Shown here piece after piece: positions 1 through 12,729 of a DNA stretch of 64,000 nucleotides. Where the stretch lies: assembly GCA_036785375.1 (NCBI GenBank), contig JAWMAR010000269.1:744001-808000 (forward strand). The letters run 5' to 3'. Position numbers and translations under genes: made by a program. This DNA is from Leucoraja ocellata (lineage: Eukaryota). The notes below the pieces were generated by a model that saw only the letters and a program-made list of their open reading frames with translations, was not told where the DNA came from and made no database searches. Numbering within the stretch: position 1 is the first letter of the stretch; every line of letters starts with the position of its first letter.

Positions 1-19
1 TCTTTGCTTTACAAACCTC

Positions 20-285
20 ATCCAATCTGGTTGTTTTACAAACCTCATCCTTGGCTGCACTCCTTCTATTGCAAATATCTCCTTCCTGAAATGAAGACTA
101 GTCCTGCACACAATGTTGTTGCATTCTCAACAGGCCAATCTATAATTTCAATAAGATTCTTACACTCAATTATTCATGCAACAAAGGTAAGCCGACCATT
201 TGACTTCTTAATTATTTGCCATACCTGCATGTTAACTTTCATTGATCTAAGGACTCCTAGGTCCCTCTGAGCATCAGCAGTGATC
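20..285 (-). mobile_element. Old CR1 LINE ORF2 fragment
   Basis: The reverse complement contains CAGAGGGACCTAGGAGTC (QRDLGV), matching the QRDLGI motif of the intact CR1 ORF at 27451-30195. Degenerate. Confidence 0.5.
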
Positions 286-512
286 AAATTCTCATTATTA
301 CCATCATTAAAATTCCATCATTAATAAATGAAGGGGATTTCTTTATTTGTAATTTTACTGAAACAACAACATAAATAATGTAGCTGCAAAAAAACATACC
401 AAGAGACTTGGAACTGATGAATCTTTTGACTTCCCAAACCATTTCCATCAATTACAGGTCACATCAGGAGTTCAAAACTATGATTTTTATTTCCTTGTTT
501 GAGTGATTAAGA

Positions 513-815
513 CTTTGGAGATACAGAGCGGAAACAGACACTTCAGCCCACGGAGACCACACCGACCACCGATCATCCCATACATTAACACTATCCTACA
601 CATTTGGGACTACTTCCAATTTATAATTTTACTAAAACAGATTAACCTACAAACCTGTGCGTCTTTAGAGTATGGGAGAAAATGCGTGCACCCGGATAAA
701 ACCCATGTGGTCACAAGGAGAATGTACAAACTTTGAACAGTCAGCACCCGGTCAGGTTCGAACTGGGAATCTGGCACAGTAAGGCAGCAATTCCACCACT
801 GTGCCACTGCACCAC
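513..815 (-). mobile_element. tRNA-derived V-SINE/HE1-like SINE
   Basis: The reverse strand has a tRNA-like head (GGTGCAGTGGCACAGTGGTGGAATTGCTGCCTTAC...GGTTCGAAC), a central core (TAAAGACGCACAGGTTTGTAGGTTAAT) and a CR1-like tail (CTGTTTCCGCTCTGTATCTC). About 10 related copies occur in the window. Confidence 0.8.
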
Positions 816-2555
816 CCCAAATCTCTACTGTCTCCATTGATATTTAAGAAGCATCATCATTGCTGGGTGTAAATATTTAAATTTGCACACAAGCATCACT
901 TTGGGAGTACCATCACCAGCAGTTCAAGGAGGTAGGATACCACCAATTTCCCATGGGCAATAGGGAAAGGACAAAGCCTTGTTGGAGCCAACTAAATATC
1001 AAAAATTGATTAAAGAGAATAAAACTTCCGAAGATTCATGAACTCAAAGATGGAAAAGAACAGCTGATGTCCTGATGCTACCATTTTAACGCACAAGGCT
1101 TGCATCGCTGTGACTTGGAGATTTATGGCCTTGCCTTAATTATCATTGCAACAAAATCATGGAACTTGCTATTGCAGGAGAATATTCACAAGGAGGCAAT
1201 AATTCCATTCACTGGCTTCTTGCTGCTGTATGAAGTCTAATTAAGAATGCATTATGATTGCTGATCTTGCTGCTGGCAAGCACATTCTGTATCCTACAAA
1301 TTAGTAACAAAACTGAAACTGAGTTTGGAACATCATCCAGTGCCACTTTTAAGATGAAGATTTCTGAATGGAAAGTTTTTGCAATAGCTTACCAACTTAA
1401 AGTGGGGTGGCAAAGTTAAAGCACAGCCTGACTGCCTCAATGTCCCTATCATAGGGACTTGAGGGTAGCCATTGATCAACAACAGGATTCTTTGGGTAAG
1501 CGGGAACTGCAGATGATGGTTTATACCAAAGATAGACACAAAATCTGGGGTAACTAACTGGTCAGGCAGCATCTCTGGAGAAAAGGAATTGGTAGCGTTT
1601 GGGGTCGGAACCCTTCTTCAGATTTAATAGGATTCTTTTTTAAGTTAAAATATCACAGTGTCAAAACAGCCTTTCCTTAATCCACAGGGACACACAGACA
1701 CTCTACAAAATACCACACCGATCAATGCTGTGACATTACTGAGAGGCACATGATACAATTTCTTGACTAGCAAGGGCGTCTAAGGTTATGGGCAGAGGGC
1801 AGGAGAATGGGGTCGAGAAGGAAAAATAGATCAGCCATGATCGAATGTTGGAGTGGACTTGATGGGCTGAATAGCCTTACTATGAACGTTGTATGGCCGT
1901 ATTGTCTTTTACAGTGGATTCAACAAGTATTACTGCGCCACATTTGTTACACATGTGATTTCATTATGGAGATAATTAAAATGCGATGGAGTGCAAACAC
2001 GGGATTTAATGAGCATTTTGCACATTCCATGGAAGTTTTAAATTGCTGAATTTGCTGCTTGTAACCACTAACTCTGCTCAGCATGGCATTGTTCTAACGT
2101 GCTACTGCACATGTACTGCACCATCATTTAATTGCCCTTACTTTCTTCAATGAAGTTGGATCATGCATTAAGCCACATGAACTCAGAGTTAATCTGACAA
2201 CACCCCAATACCAATTTTCAAAGCTTTTCTATGCTTGGGCCAATCACTGCAGCTAATTTTGCAAGAATTCTAGATTAAAGAATTTGCAAGAAGACCGAAA
2301 GGTCTGAATGACAATAAAGGAATCTAATTCTAATTCTAATTCTATGGCAATGTAATTGCCTTTGGCTGCACCCTGCTGTTATTCCATTCAAGATATGCAA
2401 AGAAACATCGATGCATTGGTTTTCTCAATTACTGAAGAGACTAGTGAGAGCCTGCATGTCGAACACCTTCGAATAATTTTGGGTTGTGTGGTTTTCAGTG
2501 CTAAGGTCAGGGCTAATTGGACAGGAGCAGAGCAATCAATTCCAAGTTTTCTGAA

Positions 2556-2745
2556 TGTGTAAGAAGGATGTGCAGATGCTGGTTTAAATCGAAGATAGAC
2601 ACAAAAAGCTGGAGTAACTCAGCGGGACAGGCAGCATCTCTGGAGAGAAGACCCTTCTAACGGTCTCGACCCGAAACTTCAACCATTCCTTCTCTCCAGA
2701 GATGCTGCCTGTTCTGCTGTTACTCCAACTTTTTTGTCTCTATCC
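2556..2745. repeat. Palindromic (tail-to-tail) Penelope-LTR-derived short repeat
   Basis: GATAGACACAAAAAGCTGGAGTAACTCAGCGGGACAGGCAGCATCTCTGGAGAGAAG is followed by its reverse complement, with a partial GGTCTCGACCCGAAAC hammerhead stem between. The same sequence ends the Penelope copy at 25095-25191. Confidence 0.7.
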
Positions 2746-3357
2746 AAGTTTTCTGAAGTTCCTCCTGGCAGCACACCATTTTTGGAAAAGATGTCAAACT
2801 TATCTTCCCTTCTCTCCTCACATGGAGATGTGAAAGATCCCCCAATGGTGCTTTCTGAGGAAGAGCGAGGGAGTTCTCCCTGTGTCACGGCTAATAGCTA
2901 GCCTTCAATCGACATCACTTAAAATGATAATCTGGTCATTGTCTCATCATTTGGGGGACCACGCTAGGCTCAAACTAGCTGCAGCAATTCCACAGTCATG
3001 TAAGTTACATTTCAAAAGATCTCCATTGACTATAGCACAGATGGGATATGGTGAGTTTAGTGAAAGCTATTCGAGCTCGTTCTATCTTTGCCAGCAATAA
3101 GCTTGCTCAACTTTTCAGAAATGAAAATACAGATGCAAGTTGCCAGAAAATGTTTTTACTGATGTTAACATATGGTGGGGAAAAATAAATTCCTCAGATG
3201 GCAGAAAGATGCCAACAGCGGAGGAGAATACATTATGGGGAATGAAAGTACCTATCATTTCCCTGCACATCCACTCACTTTCACGCTACAAACCATCATA
3301 CCAGTCATAGATTAAATTAAAGCAGCTTTTTGCAATTTAGACAAGGTTTTAATTAAA

Positions 3358-3580
3358 TTTAGTTTGGAGATACAGCACGGAAACAAGCCCTTCAGCCCAC
3401 CATACATTGACACTATCCTACACACAAGGGACAATTTACAATTCTTTACCAAAGTCAATTAAACTACAAACCTGTACATCATTGAAGTGTGGGAGGAAAC
3501 CGGAGCACCTGGGAAAAACCCATGCAGTCATGTGGAGAACATACAAACTCCATACAAACAGAATCCATGGACAGGATCGA
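3358..3580 (-). mobile_element. V-SINE/HE1-like SINE (5'-truncated)
   Basis: Same core and tail as 513-815. Confidence 0.7.
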
Positions 3581-3839
3581 AATATCAGTTTTTCAATATC
3601 ATTAGTTCCATAAATGTTTTAACAAATGTTAAAATCTGTTCTCATTTACAAAATAATAATTTAAAAGCAATAATCCCATTAATTAATTTATAACGCCATT
3701 TTCTGTTACTCTTGCATTTCAATTTCCTTAAATTATTTTAGCAATGCACTGCCATCTTTCTGCATTAACGTACCACACACTTGATGCCCTCCAATATGGT
3801 GTAAGCACAAAATGCAGCCACATTTTTCCTTTTCATCCA

Positions 3840-4275
3840 CCACTGGGCCTGTACTCGCTGGAGTTTAAAAGAATGAGGGGGGGGGCCTCATTGATACGTA
3901 CCGAATAGTCAAAGGCTTGAATAGAGTTGATGTGAAGAGGATGTTTCCACTAGTGGGAGAGTCTAGGACTCGAGGTCATAGCCTTAGAATTAAAGGATGT
4001 TCCTTGAGGTAAGATGAGAAGGAATGTCTTTAGTCAGAGGGTGGTGAATCTGTGGAATCGTTTGCCACAGAAGGCAGTGGAGGCCAAGTCAATTGGTATA
4101 TTTAAGGCAGAGATAGATAAGTTCTTTAGTACAGGTGTCAGGTGTTATGGGGAGAAGGCAGGAGAATGGGGTTAGGGGGAGAGATAGATCAGCCATGATT
4201 GAATGGTGGAGTAGACTTGATGGGCCGAATGGCCTAATTCTTCTCCTATCATTTATGACCTTATGATCTTATGAA
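3840..4275 (+). mobile_element. CR1 LINE 3' end fragment
   Basis: Decayed GLYSLEF.R.RG.L..., TRGHSLRI and F.QRVV.LWN.LP coding, followed by the 3' UTR GATAGATCAGCCATGATTGAATGG...GGCCTAATTC and a short tandem tail. Confidence 0.8.
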
Positions 4276-5384
4276 CATTTACATTTACTCCTAACTTGCT
4301 GCACTGCTGGCTAACTTCCATTTTCAATTGTAGTAATCCTACTGACTTTTCCACAAGGCAATCGACACGGAGTATAGAGGGACTCACATTTTCCAGGAAC
4401 TGTACAAATGTGCCAAAATCTATTTTTGCTCAACGATTCAGTTCCTTGGAGTTTCCAGAAACATGTGTTCCAATCAGCCTAATTCAAACCCACTTACTGC
4501 AAAACACGTCACAGTTTCTGGCCCCAGAGAGAGCTGTTAAAACTGAGGATTAGATCTTGTACCAGGGCAGGTGCTTAGGTCAAACATCTGCTTACCTTGT
4601 AATAGGAAATGACAACAAATGATTGTAGATTCCAGAAATCGCTACAGAAAATGCTGAAAACACTCAAAAGGCAGGTAGTATCCATGGATATAGAAATACG
4701 GTGAAATTTAGGAAACATTTGTGAAAACAAACGTTAGTTTTAAGATGTGGAGGAGGGTGGCTTAAGATAATAGGCATGCCTGTAGTAGGTTTGGGCCAAT
4801 ATTGTTGTGAGCATGAGTTATTAATGAGGAGGTTGAAGGGTAAAAATGAAGCGTGTGGTGTTGCATCTAGCGGGTCGGTGTGTGTTAATTCAGTGGGGAA
4901 AATGAGTCAATATTACTTACGGCAGAAGTGGCCAGTTCTTCGCTGCTCAGCATCACATCTACAGAGTGGGCTCTCAAGCATACAGATATGAAAATGAACC
5001 AACAGTTGAAAGCCAAGACATATTAAAGAGAGCAAAGTGGAAGAAACTCAGCGGGCCAGGCAAGAAGAAATGAGTGACTTTTCGGGACCTGACCCAAACG
5101 TCAGAAGAAGGGTCTCGACCCAAAACATCATCCATTCTTTCTCTCCAGTGATGCTGCCTGTTCTGCTGAGTTACTCCAGTGTTTTGTGTCTATCTTCAGT
5201 TTAAATCAGCATCTGCAGTTCCTTCCTATGCAAAATGGAAGCAGATTTGTTAAAAGATCTTGAAGTGCTTAGAAGATCCTTTTTATAAAGACCTTTATTT
5301 CAACTGCATATCTCTGTCTAGGTTAGGTAGCAGATTCAATGGTGAAGACTCATTTCCTTCACAGGTGATCCTAGGATTTCTGAC

Positions 5385-5570
5385 ATAGACAAAAATGCTG
5401 GAGAAACTCAGTAGGTGAGGCAGCATCTATGGAGCCCACCCTCACATCAGTCTGAAGAAGGGTTTCGACCCAAAACGTCGCCTATTTCCTGCGCTCCATA
5501 GATGCTGCCTCACCCGCTGAGTTTCTCCAGCATTTTTGTCTACCTTCGATTTTCCAGCATCTGCAGTTAA
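5385..5570. repeat. Palindromic Penelope-LTR-derived repeat with hammerhead motif
   Basis: Inverted arms TAGACAAAAATGCTGGAGAAACTCAG...GCAGCATCTATGGAGC / GCTCCATAGATGCTGCCTCACC...CTGAGTTTCTCCAGCATTTTTGTCTA surround CTGAAGAAGGGTTTCGACCCAAAACGTC. Confidence 0.75.
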
Positions 5571-5754
5571 ATACTAGAATTTCTAACGCTCTTTTGAGGA
5601 GCAGTGATCAGTAGCTCTTGTATCGATATACAAAAACGTAAATTGTTTCCTTGAGCACAATCCCTTATTGTTTGCTGGGCAAAGAGGAAACAGTTAAGTC
5701 CCAGATGTACAAAGATTCCTCACATCTTTGGTGAGTTTGGATGAAGGTTTTCTG

Positions 5755-5822
5755 CTATCTCGGCATCGAGCTGTTCAGTGAAGAAAATAAACATCTTGAA
5801 AGTGGACAGCTCATTGTGAAAA
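5755..5822 (-). CDS. Candidate terminal coding exon of an unidentified host gene (tentative)
   Basis: Acceptor ttttaacag|; phase-1 continuation of 5990-6083 gives VFTMSCPLSRCLFSSLNSSMPR*. No homology recognised. Confidence 0.2.
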
Positions 5823-5989
5823 CTGTTAAAATGTGGACAAGAACTTGTACATAGATCTGGAACACATTGTACAATGTTTCCAGTTGTGCTTTAATTATAT
5901 GATGACAGTTACTGTATACATTTTATGACAGCTAATCTATTCCATTGACCCAAGAAACAATATCATGCAGTTAATACACATTAACTCAC

Positions 5990-6083
5990 CAGTGTTGTTC
6001 CACTGAGGGGCTCTTTCATGAACATCAATTAATTGCAATGAGACAACACTATTTTTGCTGAGGTGAATAATCACCTTTCTGGG
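5990..6083 (-). CDS. Candidate internal coding exon of an unidentified host gene (tentative)
   Basis: Acceptor tatttacag| and donor G|gtgagt. Only one frame is open: PRKVIIHLSKNSVVSLQLIDVHERAPQWNNT. The sequence does not look repeat-derived. Confidence 0.3.
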
Positions 6084-6183
6084 CTGTAAATAGATCATTA
6101 ATAATTTCACCACAAGTAACTACATTTTACTGACATTGCTATAGTCTGATTTGTTTTTGCAGCAACCTATTGTGCAAAAAATA

Positions 6184-6410
6184 AGACACAAAGTGCTGAA
6201 GTGACTCAACTCAACTCAACCGGTCAGCCAGCATCTCTGAAGAACATGAATAAGTGATATTACTTGGTCGGGACCATTATTCAGGAGTCTGGTGAAAGGT
6301 CCCAACCCAAAACATCACCTATCCATGTTCTTTGAGATGCCTGACCCACTGAGTTACTCCAGCACTGTGTCATTTTTAGTGTGAACCAGCATCTGCAATT
6401 TCTTGTTTCT
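6184..6410. repeat. Palindromic Penelope-LTR-derived repeat
   Basis: Inverted ACACAAAGTGCTG...AGCATCTC arms with degenerate hammerhead cores in both orientations. Confidence 0.65.
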
Positions 6411-6429
6411 ACTGTGCAAATCTGATCAT

Positions 6430-6900
6430 CAGATCACTCTGGCCAGCCTACAGACAGAGATTGAAGTGTGAGGCACCTACAAAGAGAATAACACAGCAGT
6501 GGTCTGAGGAGGCTGAGGGTCTACTACAGGACCGGAATATGTTCAAGTCACCTCATCTGCCTCAGTTGTCACTGGTTTCATCAAGAAATGTTTTGACAAA
6601 AACAATCTATTCTAACCAGATATCTTGGGTGAACAGGGAGATGAACTCTCTGCTAAAGTCCCAGATCCAAGGCTTTCAAGAAGGATGACACCATTCTGTA
6701 TGAGAATGCCAAGTCTGATCTCCACATGGCAATCCAGGAAACCAAGAGAGAATATTCAAGCTAAATATTCAATTCAATCAAGTGAATGGCAATACACAGT
6801 GGCAGGGTCTGGATACCATCATGGACTACAAGCCAAAATTGGCAATGATAAATCTCTACCTGGTGAGCTCAGTGCCTTTTATACTTCCCTGCCTTGGGAG
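6430..6900 (+). mobile_element. Old Rex1/Babar-like LINE fragment (EN-RT linker)
   Basis: Decayed QWSEEAEGLLQD...SWVNRE...WQGLDTIMDY...LPGELSAFY peptide typical of the Rex1 ORF linker. Confidence 0.55.
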
Positions 6901-7014
6901 AAAAAATTGTGTCAAATCACTTTATCCATTGCCCTTCTGAAAACATAATTTAATGATCTTTGGATCAATCCCTCTTTACTTTTATTTCTTTTAAAGGTGT
7001 TGCCTGATTATTAG

Positions 7015-7380
7015 ACGGTCGACAAAAATGCTGGAGAATCTCAGCGGGTGAGGCAGCATCTACGGAGCGAAGGAAATAGGCAATGTTTCGGGTCGAAACA
7101 CTTCCTCAGACTGATGTGGGGGGGGGGGGGGGGGGGGGCTGGAGGAAGTAAGGAAGAGGTGCAGCCAGAGGGCTGAGGGAGAGCTGAGAGGGGGAGGAGA
7201 AAGTAAGGACGGCCTGAAATTAGAGAAGTTAACGTTCATACCGCTAGGGTGCAGACTGCCCAAGAAAAATATGAGGTGCTGCTCCTCCAATTTACGGTGG
7301 TCCTCACTCTGGCCATGGAGGAGGCCCAGGACAGAAAGGTCGGATTCGGTATGGGAGGGGAAGTTGAAGTGCTGAGTTAG
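7015..7380 (-). mobile_element. Penelope-like element 3' fragment (end of GIY-YIG domain + pLTR)
   Basis: ORF 7060-7290 reads EEQHLIFFLGSLHPSGMNVNFSNFR, followed by a pLTR with a CTGAGGAAG...CCGAAACATT hammerhead-like motif. Confidence 0.85.
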
Positions 7381-9099
7381 ATCTGTCTGACCACATCATT
7401 TCAGTAAACCTGTGTAGGTTTACTTTGCAATCACTCCTTTATTCTTGTAATCCGTGTAAATAATTATTTTAAATGGATTCCACATATCCTCTATAATTCT
7501 GTGTTTTATTATCAAACAATAGTCTATTGACTTCTGACCAATTTCTGTCCAGGATGGCTGGATTGGGAAGCACAGGAAGGGAAATCATATCCTTGATCAG
7601 TAATAGTAAAGCTGTAATATTGTGGCGTCCATGTATTTTAGAAATGGAGTACGAAACGTAACTGGCACAGTATTTGCAATTTGCTTCATGCTGAGCAGCA
7701 CAGAAAATGGCAGCACCCAGAGAAGATCTGTTCCTTTACCAATGATACCGAGTGAGACAAATCCAAAATCATTGAGTGTACAGATGCACTTCACATTCAG
7801 CCCCTCAGCTTTACAGCAACAGCCACTGACACCAGGAATGCTATGCCATTAATTTGCATGGAGTTGATGTCCTTGAATAAAATGTAATTGGTAGTAAATG
7901 GCTAATATAGAGGCATAGGGTTCCGCCCAAAATGTCACCCATTCCATTTCTCCATAGATGATCTCTAACCTGACATGGAAAATTGCTATTGAGCCCAACA
8001 GATCCATACTGTCCATTAAGCACCCATTTACACCCATCCTACACTATCCCATTTTATTTTGCCCACATTCCCTTCAACTTCCCCTAGATTTTAGTGCTCA
8101 CCTACAAATCAGGACAAAAGCTAATTGCAGTTGTGAACAAAAAAAGCACAGGAGATGAATGCAGGCAGCAGACTGGAAAAAATCAATTTGGACCCGCCTG
8201 TTTAATCTCTCCCAGGAGATTATACTGCTGCTGCAGGATAGTGAGCGACTGTGAATTACAGTGCTTAAAGCATCACTTTCATGAATCTGCATACTCACTT
8301 ATAGCTCTTGCTGACCACAAAAATGTTGTAACTTTATTACATTTCCATTTATTTGGGTAATAAATGCATGAAAGATGTTGAAATTCAAATTACTTAATTT
8401 TCTCTGAATCCAAAATTACAGATACTCACACGTTTATTAATTGACAACCTCGAGTAGGACTAAAAAATCAAACTGCTGGAGGAACTCCAACACGCCGTGA
8501 TGGTACTTCAGTCACAGTCACAGAAGCCGACGTCGGAAGATCCTTCAGGGGGGTGAACCCTCGGAAAGCGCCTGGACCTGATGGCATACCCGGTCGTGTT
8601 CTGGAAACCTGTGCGGACCAACTGGCTGGAGTTTTTACTGACATTTTGAACCTTTCACTTCTGAGGTCTGAGGTTCCCACCTGCTTTAAAAGGGCATCAA
8701 TAATACTGGTGTGCAAGAAGAGCAAGGTGACGTGCCTCAATGACCATCGACCAGTGGCACCAATGCCTGTGGTGATGAAATGATTTGAGAGGTTAATTAT
8801 GGAGCATATCAACTCCTACCTCGACAAGAACCTTGACCCACTGCAGTTTGCTTACCACAACAGATCAACGGTGGATGCAATCTCACTGGCTCTCCACTCC
8901 GCTCTGGACCACTTGGACAACAAAAACTCATATGTCAGGCTGTTATTCATAGACTACAGCTCGGCGTTTAATACAATCATCCCCTCCAAACTGGTTACCA
9001 AGCTCTCAGATCTGGGTCTCTGCGCATCCCTCTGCAATTTGATCCTCGACTTCCTCATCCACAGACCACAGTCTGTCTGTATTGGTGGAAATGTGTCAT

Positions 9100-9434
9100 C
9101 TGTTTACCCTCTTACCATCCGGGAGGCGCTACAGGTCTCTCCGTTGCCGGACCAGCAGGTCCAGGAACAGGTTCTTCCCTGCGGCTGTTACATTACTTAA
9201 CTCTGCACCTCAGTGATTGCCAGTCACCCCCCCCCCCCCCCCCCCCCCCCCCTCTCCTGGACACTCCTTCCTCCAGAAACATTGCACTACTATGACTGTA
9301 TGTACGTATATATATTTATTGCTCATTATTCTATGTTCGCTCTTCTGGGAAGATGCTAACTGCCTTTCGTTGTCTCTGTATTGTACACTGCACAATGACA
9401 ATAAAGTTTGAACCTGAATCTGAATCTGAATCTG
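9100..9434 (+). mobile_element. 3' end of a second Rex1 subfamily nested in the Rex1 RT
   Basis: [19 protein letters not shown] remnant, 3' UTR, AATAAA and (CTGAAT)n tail. Flanking ATC is duplicated and host coding resumes after it. Confidence 0.75.
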
Positions 9435-9928
9435 ATCCTCGATAACAGCCCGGGAGCAACTCAAGGCTGTTTGCTCAGCCCCCTGCTGTACTCACTCTAT
9501 ACTCATGACTCCAAAGCCGGACATAGTGTGAACTCCATCATCAAGTTTGCCAATGACACCACTGTTGTGGGACGAATCACTGATGGTGACGAGTCAGAGT
9601 ATAGAAGTGAGATCGACCGATTGACCAAATGGTGCCAGCACAATAACCTGGCTCTCAACACCAGCAAAACCAAGGAACTGATTGTGGACTTTGGAAGGGG
9701 TAGGTTAGGGACCCACATTTCCATTTATATCAATGGTGGAAAGGGTCAAGAACTTCAAATCCTTGGGCGTGCATATTTCCAAGGATCATTCCTGGTCCCA
9801 GCACACAGATGCAATTATAAAGAAAGCACATCAGCGCCTCTACTTCCTGAGAAGTTTATGGAAAGTCGGTATGTCGAAGAGGATTCTGTCGAACTTCTAC
9901 AGGTGCACAGTAGAGAGCATGCTGACTG

Positions 9929-10511
9929 GAGAGCGCTCCGTTTCGCTGGCCCGCGGCAGCCGGCAGCCTGAAGCCGCGGTCTGCACAGCTCCAGCTGACG
10001 CGGCGTCTTCAGCCCGGGATCCCTCGTGGGGGACCCGGTAGAAGAACATCCGAATGCCGACCCGCGGCCAACTTCTACCGCGGACCCGGTGTGGACTTAC
10101 TTACCATCACCCCTGGAGGGGAGCATCGACCGCCGGCCCTGCAGCCTGAGGTGTTTCTGCAGCACGGCGGGAACTTTAAATCTTCGACCGCCGGCCTGCG
10201 GCCTACACCAACCTAAAGCCACGGTGGGGAAGAGCCGACTCTGGACTTACCTGGACTTGTACCTTGTCCTCTTACCATCTGGACGCCTGTAGCAATGGCT
10301 GCGGAGGGTTGAGGTCCCGACCACGGGGGGAAATGGAGGAGGACTGGCCAAATGTTGTGCCTTCCACCACAGTGATGAATGCTATGGTGGATGTTTGTGT
10401 TCAATTTTTATTGTGTATTGTGTGTTCTTTATCATTGTACCGCTGCTGACAAATGAATTTCACTTGCACTTTATGTGCAATGTGACGAATAAAACCGTAT
10501 TGTACTGTATT
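9929..10511 (+). mobile_element. GC/CpG-rich non-autonomous retroposon with Rex1-type tail, nested in Rex1
   Basis: Interrupts the host CTGACTGG|TTGCATC. Ends GAATTTCACTTGCAC...GTGACGAATAAA+(TATTG)n. No RT coding seen. Confidence 0.6.
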
Positions 10512-12661
10512 GTATTGGTTGCATCGTGGCTTGGTTCGGCAACTCGAGCGTCCAGGAGCGGAAAAGATTGCAGAAAATTGTGACCATGGCCACACACTCA
10601 TCTCTCCACTGCCATCAGGTAGAAGGTACAGGAGCCTGAAATCTGGTACATCCAGGTTCATGAACAGCTTCTTCCCCACAGCCATCAAGCTATTAAACTC
10701 GCCATCAAACAAACACTGAACAATAACAGCCTAATGCACTTTATCTGTTTATTTATGTGTATATATATGGTCTTTGTTATATAGACACACTGAACTGTTC
10801 TGTATTTATGCTTACTATATTCTGTTGTGCTGCAGCAAGCAAGAATTTCATTGTCCTATCTGGGACAGATGACAATAAACTCTCTTGACTTGACTTGTCT
10901 TGAACTCAGCAGGCCAGGTAGCATTCATGGAGGGAAATAGATAGGTGATGTTTTGATTCATAACCTTTCTTCAAGCAATGACTACATGTGGCCTCCCCAA
11001 ATGGCTTTGAGGGACGGAGAGGAGAATGTGACCAAAATATCTGCAAATATGAGAGTGATATGTTCATGTATGGTCATGCGGTGGTACAATCTGCTGAGGC
11101 ATAGAAATTCTCTCTTTGTTGCTCACGTGGTTTTACTCCTGCAGGATGGCAAACTGCCCATTGGGGGATATCCCTATGGCCAGTGAAGGCAGAAATCCAT
11201 TCACAAATTACATTTCATTGCTCTTTGAGACGTGCAACATCTCTCTGTACATCTTGCTGCTGCTGGTTGCTTCAGTAAAACAAAAGTCAGGTTCTTGCTT
11301 GCATCAGGGTGGAAATGCATGGATACATGAAGACTCTGTGTAAGTTCATTCTGGAATACTTGTGGCTTTCAGACAGACACTTGAAGTATCCATGCTTGTC
11401 AGCGTTTGTTGTGGTGAGAGTGAGGGCAAACGTATCATCTCATTGTCACGAAGCCTGTCCAACCCTGGGCTTCATCCCTAAATGTTGTTCTCTTATGATG
11501 AATCTATACACTGTAAATTGATTGGTTGTAATCATGTATTGTCTTCCTGCTGACTGGTTAGCACACAACAAAAAGCTTTTCCCAAATTCCTACACAAGAT
11601 TTTCATTGTAGCTCGGTACACGTGACAATAAACTAAACTAATAAAACTAAACTAATCCATTACCTCCAGCAAGTTGAGATGCTTGTAGTCATCCTCTTGT
11701 GAGCCATACAATCAATGACCTACCAAGGTCATTATCACAACTGATAATTTTATCCCTCCCTTCTGATTTCTGAGCAGGTGTTGCATGTCTCAGGCACAAT
11801 GACAATGAGCAAACTATTGACTTCATCTTTTTCCATAATGTGCACTCGTGCATCAGGCAGGATGAATCAAAGAGCTCTCTCCTGTAGCTCATTGATCAAG
11901 CTTTGCTATTAGTATGTGTATCTTTGCTATTTGTGCATATTCAAAATGTATGTTGAAAGCTGATATTCTTGTGGGATTGGTACACAATAATATCAAGTGT
12001 AAGTTGTGGGCCTTGAAAAAACAAAATAGGCCCCATTTGATCAAATAGTGAAAATTAACTTTATCCTTCAGGCAATTTTGGAAGTGTTCTGAAGAAAAAC
12101 CCATGGGATTTATCAATATAGCATAGCCAAAAGTCTTAATGTCCAATTCCTACGCATTTGTGTTTGTACGGTTCTGAATAATGGACAACTAGCAATTTGT
12201 TTGATATAAATACCACATTAAATATAAATTAGATACAATTATAATATTAAAATGTCCACTAATAGTATAGATGAGTTAAACACTGCTTTCTTCTTTCAGC
12301 ATCTCTTGCCATGAAGAAAATATATCTAATTGCACAAAGTTCAGCAACAGTTAACAGTTGAACCTAAAACTTTGAGTTTAACAAGGCCATTTGGTATTCA
12401 GCTCAGTCTTCCACTGACAACATATAACATCAAACATAGATTCCTTGTTTATTATTGATTCAAGGTGGTTCATTAACGCTATTTTTTCATGTAAATAATC
12501 CTTCTGTTTGAATTCTTTCTTATCCTCAAGTTTCCAGTCAATATTAAATCTTCTCCGCATTTCTCTCTTCTTGTGGTTCTCTGGTTCCAAATTACAACTT
12601 TACCTATGGCCCTATCGATTCCTCACCAGATCGTATGTGAAAATGACCCGTTGGCACTTAC

Positions 12662-12711
12662 TTGTGGTTTCTTTACTTTGCGAACTACGTGAGTTGTTAG
12701 CATTAAATTGT
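12662..12711 (-). CDS. Candidate internal coding exon (tentative)
   Basis: Acceptor ttcttcctatattag| and donor CAA|gtaagt. The frame (x)NLMLTTHVVRKVKKPQ ends in phase 0, compatible with 5990-6083. Confidence 0.2.
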
Positions 12712-12729
12712 CTAATATAGGAAGAATGC

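Larger units (their letters stand above)
8488..10901 (+). mobile_element. Rex1/Babar non-LTR retrotransposon, 5'-truncated, split by two nested insertions
   Basis: RT peptides [72 protein letters not shown]; (CTTGA)n tail; 6-bp TSD GAACTC at 8482-8487 and 10902-10907. Confidence 0.92.

Noticed and set aside
9226-9252. Long C/G homopolymers (also 7117, 15265, 26017, 61499)
   Set aside because: These are slippage-expanded tracts within known repeats and their lengths may be sequencing artefacts; no independent function is supportable.
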